From a virus: a DNA stretch of 37,798 nucleotides. The notes under the pieces were generated by a model. That model was not told the DNA's origin. It saw nothing but the letters and a program-made list of their open reading frames with translations, and searched no databases. A program made the position numbers and the translations under genes. Positions 8,666 to 16,504 of the stretch are shown in pieces; position 1 is the stretch's first letter; every line of letters begins with the position of its first letter. The stretch lies in IMG/VR virus record IMGVR_UViG_3300042934_000712, positions 1-37,798 of that record. One strand, 5' to 3'.

Positions 8666-9166
8666 CTACTCCGGCAGCTGGTTGCGGGTGTGGGCCCACA
8701 CGCCCTTCGTGGTGGTGTTCACCTGCCGCTGGTCCACGGTGCCGTTGTAGTGGTGGTGGTGGACGTCCGGCAGGGCAGCCTTGGCGCGCTTCGCCAGGCG
8801 GGACAGGGCGAAGATCGGGACGGCGAGCCCGACGGGCACGGCACCCATCATCGCGATCACGGTGGGGTCGGCCTGCCCGGAGAAGTACAGGACGCTGGAG
8901 ACGGCACCGCCCGTGCACAGGGTGAGGAATCCCGCGGAGAGCATGCGGACGCTGTCGTCGGTGGCTTTCTGCGACATGGGCGGCCGCCCTGGCTGGGGGA
9001 CCGGCAGCGCGTCGCCGATCGCGGGGACGGGGGAGTCGTCGCGGTACTGGGTCTGGCGGATCGCATCGCGCACGGCGGCCTCAAGAACGGAGTCGGTGAG
9101 GCTTTGGGCGGGGGCCTGCCCGGCCGTGGCGGCGGCGGGCTGGGTCGGGTCGGGCAGGGAATTCAC
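8666..9166 (-). CDS. Membrane protein, Spd-like position (2 TM, HHHH tract)
   Basis: The ORF is open to 9175. GTG at 9166 has AGGAG 8 nt upstream, whereas the 9175 GTG abuts the SD. Hydrophobic segments are MLSAGFLTLCTGGAVSSVLYF and VIAMMGAVPVGLAVPIFAL. Confidence 0.55.
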   Translation of the reverse strand: MNSLPDPTQPAAATAGQAPAQSLTDSVLEAAVRDAIRQTQYRDDSPVPAIGDALPVPQPGRPPMSQKATDDSVRMLSAGFLTLCTGGAVSSVLYFSGQADPTVIAMMGAVPVGLAVPIFALSRLAKRAKAALPDVHHHHYNGTVDQRQVNTTTKGVWAHTRNQLPE

Positions 9167-9204
9167 GGCGGTCACTCCTAGCCAGGATCGTTACGTTGCG
9201 TGAG

Positions 9205-9335
9205 TGTCAGGAGGGGGAGACCTGACTAGTCAGGGGGTGTCAAAACGCGATGTCAGGGCCGAAGTCAGGTGACTTTCCTTAGGGCCCCCGCCCGGCCTGA
9301 CAGTCAGGAGTCAGGCCGGGCCGTAACAGTCAGAC
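9205..9335. repeat. GTCAGG repeat array (clt-like / operator-like) downstream of the TraB-like gene
   Basis: GTCAGG occurs at 9206, 9229, 9252, 9264, 9303 and 9310. The inverted form CCTGAC occurs at 9221 and 9296. Degenerate copies GTCAAA (9239) and GTCAGA (9329) are also present. All lie within a 178-nt intergenic region. Confidence 0.7.
9291..9320 (-). terminator. Perfect 11-bp stem-loop built from two of the repeats
   Basis: CCCGGCCTGAC (9291-9301) pairs with GTCAGGCCGGG (9310-9320), with an 8-nt loop. It lies 34 nt downstream of the traB-like stop. Confidence 0.5.
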
Positions 9336-9353
9336 CGTCACAGACGGTGACTG

Positions 9354-11438
9354 CTATGCGGGCATCAGCGGCGAGTGGACGATGCTGTACTCGCCGTGTC
9401 CGTCCTTGCGGAGGACGCCCTCGTCGACCAGGCGGGCCAGCTCTCCCTGCATCCAGGCCCGCTTACGGCCGGCGGCCACGAAGACCGGGGTCAGGTCCGC
9501 GGGGGAGAAGGTCAGCTGGTTGCTCTCCGCCCACTGGTGGATCTGCTCGGCAACCATCTGCCGTGCCTCCGGGGTGGGCAGCTTCTCCCGCTGCTCGAAG
9601 ACCATCCCGGCGTCGGTGTCCTCGGGCATGTCGCCGTCCAGGTCGATGTCCGCGTAGTCGGCGTCCGGCTCCGGGTCGGCGGGGATCAGGGACATGACCT
9701 CGGCGTAGGCGTCTTCGATCTCCACCTGGATGCTCTCTTCCTGGTCGTCGGTCAGGTCCACGACGGGGCCCGCCTCGGGCAGCTCCTGGCGGACGCGGGG
9801 CGGCGGGGGCAGCTCGCTGACGTCGGTGTTCAGCCGGTTCGTGCCCCGGTGCTTGCGCTGGGCGTACACCAGACCGAGGGCCTTCGCGGTGGTGTCGTCC
9901 AGCGGGTCACGGAACGGCGTACCGGCCGTGACCAGGTCGGACAGGTACTGCCGGTCCGTGAGACCGGAGCGCCATTCCATCGTCCAGCGGTCCTCGGGGA
10001 TACCCATGCCGGTTGCGAAGGCGTAGCCGGGCCGGTCGGATCCCCAGGCGGGGACGGCGCCGGCGTCGGTGACGCGGTCGGGCAGGCAGAACCCGGCGTC
10101 CCCGGCGTCGTCCACGCCGAAGCAGGCACTGGCCTGGAGGTTCGCGCGGACGTCGGTGCTGACGTTGGTCCAGGTGGCGCGCTGAAGGCTGATGACCAGC
10201 CAGATTCCCACCGACCGGGCGGCCCGTGCGATCTTGTCCAGCTCGTCGAAGTCGGCGACGTCGGCGGCTTCCTCGACCCACAGGCACACCGCGTTCAGCG
10301 ACGACTTGCTGGTCCACTGGTCCAGGCCCTCGTCGGCGAGGACGTCACCGCGGGCCTTGATGGCGGCGGGCAGCGCCTTCATCAGCTGCTTCGCCTCCCG
10401 CATGTCGCTGATGAAGACGTCCAGGCCGTGCTTGATGTGGCCGACGGACTGCCGTCCCTTGGAGCAGTCGACCAGCATCACGGTCATCTGGCGGCGGGTC
10501 ATCAGGTGGGCGAGCAGGCCGCGGGCGAACTCGGACTTGCCCGCTCCGGTGACACCCATGACCAGCAGGTGCTGGAGGATGACCGCGTCGAACGGGTTGA
10601 TGACGAACTCCTCGCCGTCCGCGTACAGACCCAGCGGCAGCGGCTCGTCGGGCAGCATGCCGAGACGGACGGGCGGGATGAACTGCACGCCGTCTTTCAG
10701 CAGGTCAGCGACACGGATGGCCATCTCGGCGAGGGCGGCGTTGTCCGGGTCGCCCTTCACGGTGGCGCCTGACGGAGGCACGTGCATCGCCGACGTCAGC
10801 TTCGGCATGGCCTGCTGGACGTCCTCGACGGTCTGCCCGGCGGGCAGCTCGACGGGGACCTTCACCATGCCCTTGCCGTTGCCCTTGGCCGCCTTGACCT
10901 TGAGCTTCTCCAGACCGATGGCCTCGGCGATCTTCGCGAACCCGCCCTTGTCCTCGACCTGCTCGGTCTCGTCGTGGGCGTTGCGCATGACCTGCCGCAG
11001 GTTCCAGGAGGCAGCGAAGACCCCGCCGCCCAGCAGCCACAAGTCCATCATCGGGTGACCGAACGGGCCGGCGGCGGTCGCGCAGGTCAGCCAGCCCATG
11101 CCCGCGGCGACGGACGCGGTGGCCTGCGCCCGGCGGAAGCGGCGGAACTTGTTGTTGCCGCCCGCAACCTGCCAGGTCACCGCGGCGAGAGCGACACCGC
11201 TGACTCCGATCCCGGCGGACGCGAGCCCGGCGGACAGGGCCTCGTCGCCCCACATCTGGTTCGTCGCGAACCCGGCCAGCGGGGGCAGCGTCGCCGCACC
11301 GAGCCACGGCCCGGTGTACGGGATGAGCTTGCCGACCAGGTGCGAGACGATGCCGCCCTTGCCGACCGGGACAACGTCCGTGGACGTGTTGACCTGCGAC
11401 GTCCGGCTGTTCGTGGTGGTGGTGACCTTGGCCATCAC
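9354..11438 (-). CDS. traB: FtsK/SpoIIIE-family DNA translocase, TraB-like (membrane-anchored, C-terminal winged-helix)
   Basis: 694 aa with about 4 N-terminal TM segments. Motifs are Walker A GVTGAGKSE, Walker B CLWVEEAADV, and GIWLVISLQRATW. The C-terminus (GELARLVDEGVLRKDGHGEYSIV) looks like a wHTH. The start (GTG 11438 or ATG 11435) overlaps the upstream stop. Confidence 0.85.
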   Translation of the reverse strand: MMAKVTTTTNSRTSQVNTSTDVVPVGKGGIVSHLVGKLIPYTGPWLGAATLPPLAGFATNQMWGDEALSAGLASAGIGVSGVALAAVTWQVAGGNNKFRRFRRAQATASVAAGMGWLTCATAAGPFGHPMMDLWLLGGGVFAASWNLRQVMRNAHDETEQVEDKGGFAKIAEAIGLEKLKVKAAKGNGKGMVKVPVELPAGQTVEDVQQAMPKLTSAMHVPPSGATVKGDPDNAALAEMAIRVADLLKDGVQFIPPVRLGMLPDEPLPLGLYADGEEFVINPFDAVILQHLLVMGVTGAGKSEFARGLLAHLMTRRQMTVMLVDCSKGRQSVGHIKHGLDVFISDMREAKQLMKALPAAIKARGDVLADEGLDQWTSKSSLNAVCLWVEEAADVADFDELDKIARAARSVGIWLVISLQRATWTNVSTDVRANLQASACFGVDDAGDAGFCLPDRVTDAGAVPAWGSDRPGYAFATGMGIPEDRWTMEWRSGLTDRQYLSDLVTAGTPFRDPLDDTTAKALGLVYAQRKHRGTNRLNTDVSELPPPPRVRQELPEAGPVVDLTDDQEESIQVEIEDAYAEVMSLIPADPEPDADYADIDLDGDMPEDTDAGMVFEQREKLPTPEARQMVAEQIHQWAESNQLTFSPADLTPVFVAAGRKRAWMQGELARLVDEGVLRKDGHGEYSIVHSPLMPA

Positions 11439-12103
11439 GCGTCTCCGATCGTGAACTCACGGCGGGCGGTCTTCCCGCTGCGCTTCCGCTGGGCTTCCTG
11501 CTCGGGCTTGATGAAGTGCCGGTCGAAGGCGTGCGCCATCTTCAGGGCGCCGACTCCGAGGGCCTTGGCCGCCTCCGCGGACACCTTCAGGTGCATGGAC
11601 ACCAGGCGGGCCTTGACCCGGCTGGACGCGCCGAACGTGTACCAGCGGCCCTTGTACGTGGACAGCACGCCGTTGATCTCCTCGGCGCGCATGCTGATGA
11701 TGAAGTGCAGCTCGCGACCCAGCCGGTTCACGGCGGTGGCCAGGGCCAGGATGTCCTTCTCGGACTGGAACTCGATCCGCTCGATCGCGGCGATCATCCC
11801 GTCGCCCTTGTGGTTGCCACCCCCACCGGACGCGGCCTGACCTGCACCGTTACCGCCCTGCCCGCCGCGTCCGCCACCGTTGCCGCCGGCGTTGATGGTG
11901 ACGTTCGGGGTGAAGGAGCTGCCCAGCCCGCCGACGAAGCCACCCGCGGCCGCGCCCGCCGCACCCGCCGCGCGGGCGCCCCGGCCAGAGCCGTTGTTCG
12001 CGGGCTGCGGCGGCACGTTCGGCGGCGGCGGGGGAACCGGCCGGGTCTGCGTCATCCCGGAGTCGTTGTCGTCCGCCCAGTTGTACGGGTTGCTGCCGGC
12101 CAT
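11435..12103 (-). CDS. Hypothetical protein with a Pro/Gly-rich disordered N-terminal half, translationally coupled to traB-like
   Basis: 222 aa. It has PVPPPPPNVPPQP and GGNGGGRGGQGGNG tracts followed by a structured C-terminal ~110 aa. Confidence 0.6.
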   Translation of the reverse strand: MAGSNPYNWADDNDSGMTQTRPVPPPPPNVPPQPANNGSGRGARAAGAAGAAAGGFVGGLGSSFTPNVTINAGGNGGGRGGQGGNGAGQAASGGGGNHKGDGMIAAIERIEFQSEKDILALATAVNRLGRELHFIISMRAEEINGVLSTYKGRWYTFGASSRVKARLVSMHLKVSAEAAKALGVGALKMAHAFDRHFIKPEQEAQRKRSGKTARREFTIGDA

Positions 12104-12104
12104 C

Positions 12105-12377
12105 TCAGTTCTCCTCGTGCAGGGTGGTGGAGCCGAACCAGAGGGGGGTGCGGACCTGGTCCAGGACGACGTCGTCGCCGACGGCCTGGGCCTCCGCGCG
12201 GATAATGAGTTCGTGGGCCGCGAGGAACCGGGCGGTTGCGGCGGCCGCGTACAGGTCGGTCAGTCCCCAGCGGGTCTGACGGGTGGCGAGCCGGACAAAC
12301 AGCCGCCCGGCCTGGGCGATGCCCTCGGTGCACCGGGCGACCCGGGCGATGAGGGTGGTGCGTCGGGAGCCGTACAC
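12105..12377 (-). CDS. Hypothetical small protein
   Basis: 90 aa with high GC3. The stop lies 1 nt from the next start in the operon. Confidence 0.55.
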   Translation of the reverse strand: MYGSRRTTLIARVARCTEGIAQAGRLFVRLATRQTRWGLTDLYAAAATARFLAAHELIIRAEAQAVGDDVVLDQVRTPLWFGSTTLHEEN

Positions 12378-12393
12378 GGCTGCCCCCTTCCGG

Positions 12394-13932
12394 TCAGTTG
12401 GTGGGGTATCCGTCGGCGATGAGCGCGGCGGCTTCCTTGCGGTACTCGGAGGCGGTCGTGACGGAGACCGCGAACGTTTCGGCGATGGCGTCCAGCGGAA
12501 GCTGGTCGGCCTGGCCGGCGTGCTGGGTGTGGATGATCCGGGCGACCTTGCGGACGGCCCGTTCGCGGGGCGACAGCTTCAGCTGGTCCTCGGCTTCGAC
12601 CGCCCGGAGCTCGATTTCGGCGGCGGCCCGGCGGGCTTCGGCGGCACGGCGCTTCGCTTCGGCGGCGGCCTGCACGTCTTCGGCGGCCTGCTTCTCCAGC
12701 TGTGCGCGGCGCCGGTCGGCGGCGGCCTTGCGATCGGCCGCTTCGGCGGCGGCGGCCTCGACTTCGGCTGCGGCCCGGTTCGTTTCGGCTGCGGCGGCTC
12801 GCGCTTCGGCCGCGTCCCGCTCCGCTTCGGCCGCACGCTGGTCTGCTTCGGCAGCGTCCGCCGACTTGATCGCGCGGGCGGCTTCCAGAGCGATCCGGGC
12901 CTGCGCCTCGGCGGCCGCCTGCGCCTCCGTCACGGACGCCTGAGCCTGCGCCGTGGCCGCCGTCTCGTCGGCGCTGGCGGCGATCTCAGCGGCCCGGATC
13001 TCACTCTGGGTGCGGATGGACGCCTTGCGCCGGTCCGCGGCCCGCTTCTCGGCACGCGCCTGCGCCTCCAGCTCCAGGGCCTCGTTCTGCTCCTGGCGCA
13101 GCTGCTCGGCCTCGGCGGCCTGGCGGGGCAGAGCGAGGGCCTGGTCGACTGTCAGGCCGTAGCGGGCCATTGTCAGGGGCAGCAGCTCGTCGGCCTTCGC
13201 CCGCCGCTTCCAGCCCCGCCCGTACTTCCGCTGGAGCATCGCCTCATAGACGGTCCGCTCCTGCTCGATCTGCACGGTCTCCTGGTAGGAGGCGGTCCCC
13301 CACAGCTTCATGCGGCGCCACAGGGCCGCTGTGCGGGTCGGAGAGAGCACCCAGCGGGCGGCGGGCACGCCCTGACTGTCACGGCCCGCGGCGATGTCAG
13401 ACGCCTTGACGATGGCCCGGCGGGCGGCGTCGACCGCGGCGATGAACATCAGCGGGATCACGCCGTGCATGGCCGTGCCGAGGGGGTCACCGGTCAGTCC
13501 ACCCTCGGCGGCGGCCGCGTTGAACACGATCGTTGCGATGGTCATCAAGTGCGCGAGGCGCCGAAGCATCGGCCACGGAGTGTCACGGCGGATCAGGTAC
13601 AGATCCAGGGCGTAGAGGACGACGATGCCAACGTCGACTCCGATGGGGAAGGCGTAGGCGAAGGTGCCGAACCCGCGGTCGAAGGCGAGGTCCCGCAGCG
13701 TCTTGTAGGAGCCGGTGAAGCCGATGCCGGCGAGGATCGTTCCGCCGACGAGGGCCACCGCGGTGAGGGCGCGGTCGGAGCGGCGACCGGCCGTAGCCGA
13801 AGCGTCGGCGGGCGTCTCCGGAATGGACGGGGCCGCGTCCGAAGCGGAGGCCTGCGCGTCCGAAGCCGTGTCCGGCGCGGTCGGAACGGGCCCGGCCGGG
13901 GCCGGAGCGCGGTGCAGGGTGGCGATGGACAT
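12394..13932 (-). CDS. DUF2637-like membrane protein with a long Ala/Glu/Arg-rich coiled coil
   Basis: 512 aa. The N-terminal ~60 aa are disordered, followed by about 4 TM helices (TILAGIGFTGSY, FPIGVDVGIVVLYALDLYL, LMTIATIVFNAAAA, VIPLMFIAAVDAA). A ~200-aa AAEA/RRAA-type helical region follows. The family call is from memory of AICE/plasmid gene neighbourhoods. Confidence 0.6.
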   Translation of the reverse strand: MSIATLHRAPAPAGPVPTAPDTASDAQASASDAAPSIPETPADASATAGRRSDRALTAVALVGGTILAGIGFTGSYKTLRDLAFDRGFGTFAYAFPIGVDVGIVVLYALDLYLIRRDTPWPMLRRLAHLMTIATIVFNAAAAEGGLTGDPLGTAMHGVIPLMFIAAVDAARRAIVKASDIAAGRDSQGVPAARWVLSPTRTAALWRRMKLWGTASYQETVQIEQERTVYEAMLQRKYGRGWKRRAKADELLPLTMARYGLTVDQALALPRQAAEAEQLRQEQNEALELEAQARAEKRAADRRKASIRTQSEIRAAEIAASADETAATAQAQASVTEAQAAAEAQARIALEAARAIKSADAAEADQRAAEAERDAAEARAAAAETNRAAAEVEAAAAEAADRKAAADRRRAQLEKQAAEDVQAAAEAKRRAAEARRAAAEIELRAVEAEDQLKLSPRERAVRKVARIIHTQHAGQADQLPLDAIAETFAVSVTTASEYRKEAAALIADGYPTN

Positions 13933-13986
13933 CGGGTGACTCCTGGTTCAAGTCGGAGGGTGGAGGCTGACTGACGGCTCCCCGCA

Positions 13987-14020
13987 CTCCCGCCCGACCG
14001 GAATGCGGTTCGGGCGGGAG
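13987..14020 (-). terminator. Stem-loop between the 14030 gene and the DUF2637-like gene
   Basis: CTCCCGCCCGACCG and CGGTTCGGGCGGGAG pair with one bulge. Confidence 0.5.
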
Positions 14021-14029
14021 AGGCAGCGG

Positions 14030-14494
14030 TCAGGCGTTGCCGGAGTGGGCTTCGATGGAGGCGTAGCGGCCGTCGCTGGTGGTGTAGGCGATCCACTCGT
14101 CACCCGTGACCGGCATCCGCCCGCCGGGCTTGGTCATCGCCACCGCGTAGGGCAGACCGGCCTGGAGGTCGTTGAGGAACATGCGGATCGAGGCGGCGAC
14201 GGCGACGGACTCGCCGGGCACGTAGTCCGGCCACTGCTGCTCAGCGATCGCGTCCTGGAGACGCTCCCGGTACGGGCGGGCGATCCGGTTGGCGAGGCTG
14301 TCGACGAACGCGGCGGCGACGTAGCCGATGGCGATGGCGGCCGCGAGCGACAGGAACCCGCCGAGGGTGAGCGGCTCCGCCAGGTCCACGTGGGCCAGGT
14401 TCAGCACGACGATGGACGCGCCGGACGCTGCGACCAGCGTGGTCAGCGTCTGCACGGCGATGACCAGGTTGAGGGTTCGGGTGGGGTTCTTCAT
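14030..14494 (-). CDS. Membrane protein (2 TM), Spd-like
   Basis: 154 aa. TM segments are LNLVIAVQTLTTLVAASGASIVVL and LGGFLSLAAAIAIGYVAAAFV. ATGA overlap with the upstream gene. Confidence 0.6.
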   Translation of the reverse strand: MKNPTRTLNLVIAVQTLTTLVAASGASIVVLNLAHVDLAEPLTLGGFLSLAAAIAIGYVAAAFVDSLANRIARPYRERLQDAIAEQQWPDYVPGESVAVAASIRMFLNDLQAGLPYAVAMTKPGGRMPVTGDEWIAYTTSDGRYASIEAHSGNA

Positions 14495-14658
14495 GAGGTC
14501 CTCTTCTCGTGGGTGGTGATGATCAGGAAGGCGTCGGTGGTGAGGTCCATGACGACCTCGCAGGGGATGCCCTCGGCGCGGCGGGCGGCGGCGTACTCCT
14601 CGGCGGGCCAGGAGCCGCGCGGGGCACCGGCGGGGAACCGTTCCAGAACGGCGTTCAC
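14491..14658 (-). CDS. Hypothetical small protein (55 aa)
   Basis: GTG at 14658 with GGGGAGG 4-5 nt upstream. GTGA overlap with the preceding stop. Confidence 0.45.
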   Translation of the reverse strand: MNAVLERFPAGAPRGSWPAEEYAAARRAEGIPCEVVMDLTTDAFLIITTHEKRTS

Positions 14659-14948
14659 CGGGCCTCCCCGTGCACCAGGTACAGGTTCGGCTTGCCAGAG
14701 GGGGCGGGCTCGGTCTGCCGGATCACGCCGGGGATGCCGCTGCGACGGGCGGCGTGCTTGGCCATCGCCCACACGTTGGTGACGTCGATGTCCACGTGGC
14801 CGAAGGTGTCTCCGTCGATGGCGGCCACGGTCAGGCGAAGGGTCCGGCCGCCGGGGTGCGGGTTGTTCGCGGCCATCTGATCGGCAGCGGTGATGAGCAT
14901 GCGAGCGGCCTGCTCGATCAGGGCATGGTCGATGTCGAAGCTGCTCAC
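14655..14948 (-). CDS. Hypothetical protein (97 aa)
   Basis: GTG at 14948 with GGAGG 7 nt upstream. GTGA overlap with the WhiB-fusion stop. The longer 399-aa ORF in this frame is an Arg/Pro-rich artefact. Confidence 0.5.
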   Translation of the reverse strand: MSSFDIDHALIEQAARMLITAADQMAANNPHPGGRTLRLTVAAIDGDTFGHVDIDVTNVWAMAKHAARRSGIPGVIRQTEPAPSGKPNLYLVHGEAR

Positions 14949-15874
14949 CGGTTCGCCTCCGTCTTCAGCACGCGGCGCTCGCGGGCGGTCAGACCGCCAG
15001 CCACGCCGTGCTGCTCCTTGTCGTTGGGCTTGAGCGCCATGTCCCTGCACGGTTCGAGGAACGGGCACTCGGCGCACAGCTCCTTGGCGACCTCGATCCG
15101 GCGGCGGGCCAGCCTCTGGTCCATCGCCCCGGCCTGGTCGTCGGCGTTGAAGAACAGGGCACCCAGGCCCTGGCAGGCGGGCTTGACGCCGTCGCCGCAC
15201 AGCTGGCCCTCGCGGGCGGCGAGCTGCACCGCGTGCACCGTGCTCACGTCGCTGAGGCTGTAGGCGTAGGTCTTGGTGTCGACCGGCCAGCGCGGCAGGT
15301 TGTGCAGCTTCACCCAGCGGGTCAGCGTCGACTCCGACACCGGCCGCCCCGACTGGTTGAAGAACTCGGTCAGGAAGCTGATCGGGCGGAGGTCCGCGGG
15401 GTAGCCCGTGGAACGCTGCACACCGCGCGGCGCGGCGGGCTTGGCGTAGCCGAGGTCGCGGTAGGTCCAGCGGCGGCGCAGCCCCGGGCGGGGAGCGCAG
15501 TGCCGGGAGACGCAGTGCGCGCGGCCCTTGACCGGCATGAGGGTGAAGCAGCCGCACGCGGGGCAGGCCCGGGTGCGTACCGTCTCGGTCTCCTCGGCCA
15601 GGTCCTCGGCCTCCATGACGAACGCGTCGCGGATGGCGACGGCCTCCATGCGGCCGAGCGGCGAGCCCTCGCGGGACAGGCGGTCGGCGCGGGCAACAAC
15701 CTCCCGGCCTTCCTGCTGCTTGTCGAGGACCTTGGTGTTCACGGGCGTCGTTCCCCCTGTCCGGGTGGCGGTGCGGTCTGCGGTCTGTAGGTCGGGCCGT
15801 CGGCTGGTGGATCCGGCGGTGGTCCAGTAGGTCTGTTCGAGAGCAGCGATCCACTGCTCAGGCGTTGCGGGCAT
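14945..15874 (-). CDS. WhiB-like domain fusion protein (N-terminal Zn-ribbon/HTH-like region plus C-terminal Wbl domain)
   Basis: 309 aa. The C-terminus has CGDGVKPAC...CAECPFLEPC (C-Xn-C-X2-C-X5-C) followed by GVAGGLTARERR, matching the Wbl Fe-S cluster and turn/basic motifs. The N-terminal part has CPACGC...C..HC. Confidence 0.6.
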   Translation of the reverse strand: MPATPEQWIAALEQTYWTTAGSTSRRPDLQTADRTATRTGGTTPVNTKVLDKQQEGREVVARADRLSREGSPLGRMEAVAIRDAFVMEAEDLAEETETVRTRACPACGCFTLMPVKGRAHCVSRHCAPRPGLRRRWTYRDLGYAKPAAPRGVQRSTGYPADLRPISFLTEFFNQSGRPVSESTLTRWVKLHNLPRWPVDTKTYAYSLSDVSTVHAVQLAAREGQLCGDGVKPACQGLGALFFNADDQAGAMDQRLARRRIEVAKELCAECPFLEPCRDMALKPNDKEQHGVAGGLTARERRVLKTEANR

Positions 15875-15924
15875 GGCGGTCCCCCGGGCGGTGCGTACTG
15901 CGGTGGTGATGCGCGAGTGCGCGG

Positions 15925-15962
15925 GGCCCGGCAGAGGGGGGTGCGTGGGACGCTGCCGGGCC
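15925..15962 (-). terminator. Stem-loop downstream of the 15972-16358 gene
   Basis: GGCCCGGCAG (15925-15934) pairs with CTGCCGGGCC (15953-15962). Confidence 0.5.
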
Positions 15963-15971
15963 GACCCGGGA

Positions 15972-16358
15972 TCAGCCGAAGAGAGGCTCGGCGTCCGTGA
16001 CCTGGATGTACGGGGGGCCGTCCTCGAAGGGGCGGCGGCAGATTCCCCGGATGTGAACCTTCGTCTTCTCGACGACGACTCCGAAGACCTCGTCGTAGGT
16101 GGCGACGTCGATCGCGGCGTAGGTCTGCTGGCCCTGGGGGTTGGTCAGGATGAAGGTGAGGCTGGGCGCGTCGGGGGTGCCGTGCACGTGGACGCCGGTG
16201 GCGAGGCCAGCGGCGATGACCGCGGTGCCGTCGGGCAGCTCGTTAAGGGGGGACGGACGGAAGGGGGCCCGCTCGCCGGCGAAGACGACGATGTCGGCCT
16301 TCGGACCGCGGTAGGGCTGGGGGAGGTTCGTGCGCTCCGGGCGGCTACTGTTCTCCAT
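15972..16358 (-). CDS. Hypothetical protein, first gene divergent from the GntR regulator (kil-like position)
   Basis: ATG at 16358 with AGGAG 8 nt upstream. The product is 128 aa. Confidence 0.55.
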   Translation of the reverse strand: MENSSRPERTNLPQPYRGPKADIVVFAGERAPFRPSPLNELPDGTAVIAAGLATGVHVHGTPDAPSLTFILTNPQGQQTYAAIDVATYDEVFGVVVEKTKVHIRGICRRPFEDGPPYIQVTDAEPLFG

Positions 16359-16504
16359 GCGGATCACTCCTGGTCAGATCAGGCTGTGGTTCGCCGGGTC
16401 CTTCGGGACTCCCAAGGGGTCCGGGTGTCTCACCACCTGGGCCCTTTGGCGTTCGAGCCGCCTCCGTTACCGACAACACCCATAGTGCACTAGCGCAGTG
16501 GGGG

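Noticed and set aside
9205-9335. The repeat array, considered as a CRISPR array
   Set aside because: The repeat unit is only 6-8 nt with irregular 7-39-nt spacing and mixed orientation, and no cas genes are present. It fits a protein-binding repeat cluster instead.
9375-10772. 465-aa + strand ORF opposite the TraB-like gene
   Set aside because: It is antisense to a CDS with clear FtsK motifs, and its composition is typical of an off-frame GC-rich translation.
12283-13974. 563-aa + strand ORF opposite the DUF2637-like gene
   Set aside because: It is kept open by the gcggc-rich repeat tract. The Gly/Arg-rich product has no start context.
14949-15854. Long N-terminal extension of the 97-aa gene (399-aa ORF 14655-15854)
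   Set aside because: It overlaps the WhiB-fusion gene out of frame with Arg/Pro-rich sequence. An internal GTG with GGAGG and a GTGA overlap fits the operon pattern.
16448-16462. GGCGTTCGAGCCGCC, a T-arm-like mini hairpin in the GntR divergent region
   Set aside because: The stem is only 4 bp and there is no adjacent acceptor, anticodon or D-arm. It is most likely a coincidental hairpin.
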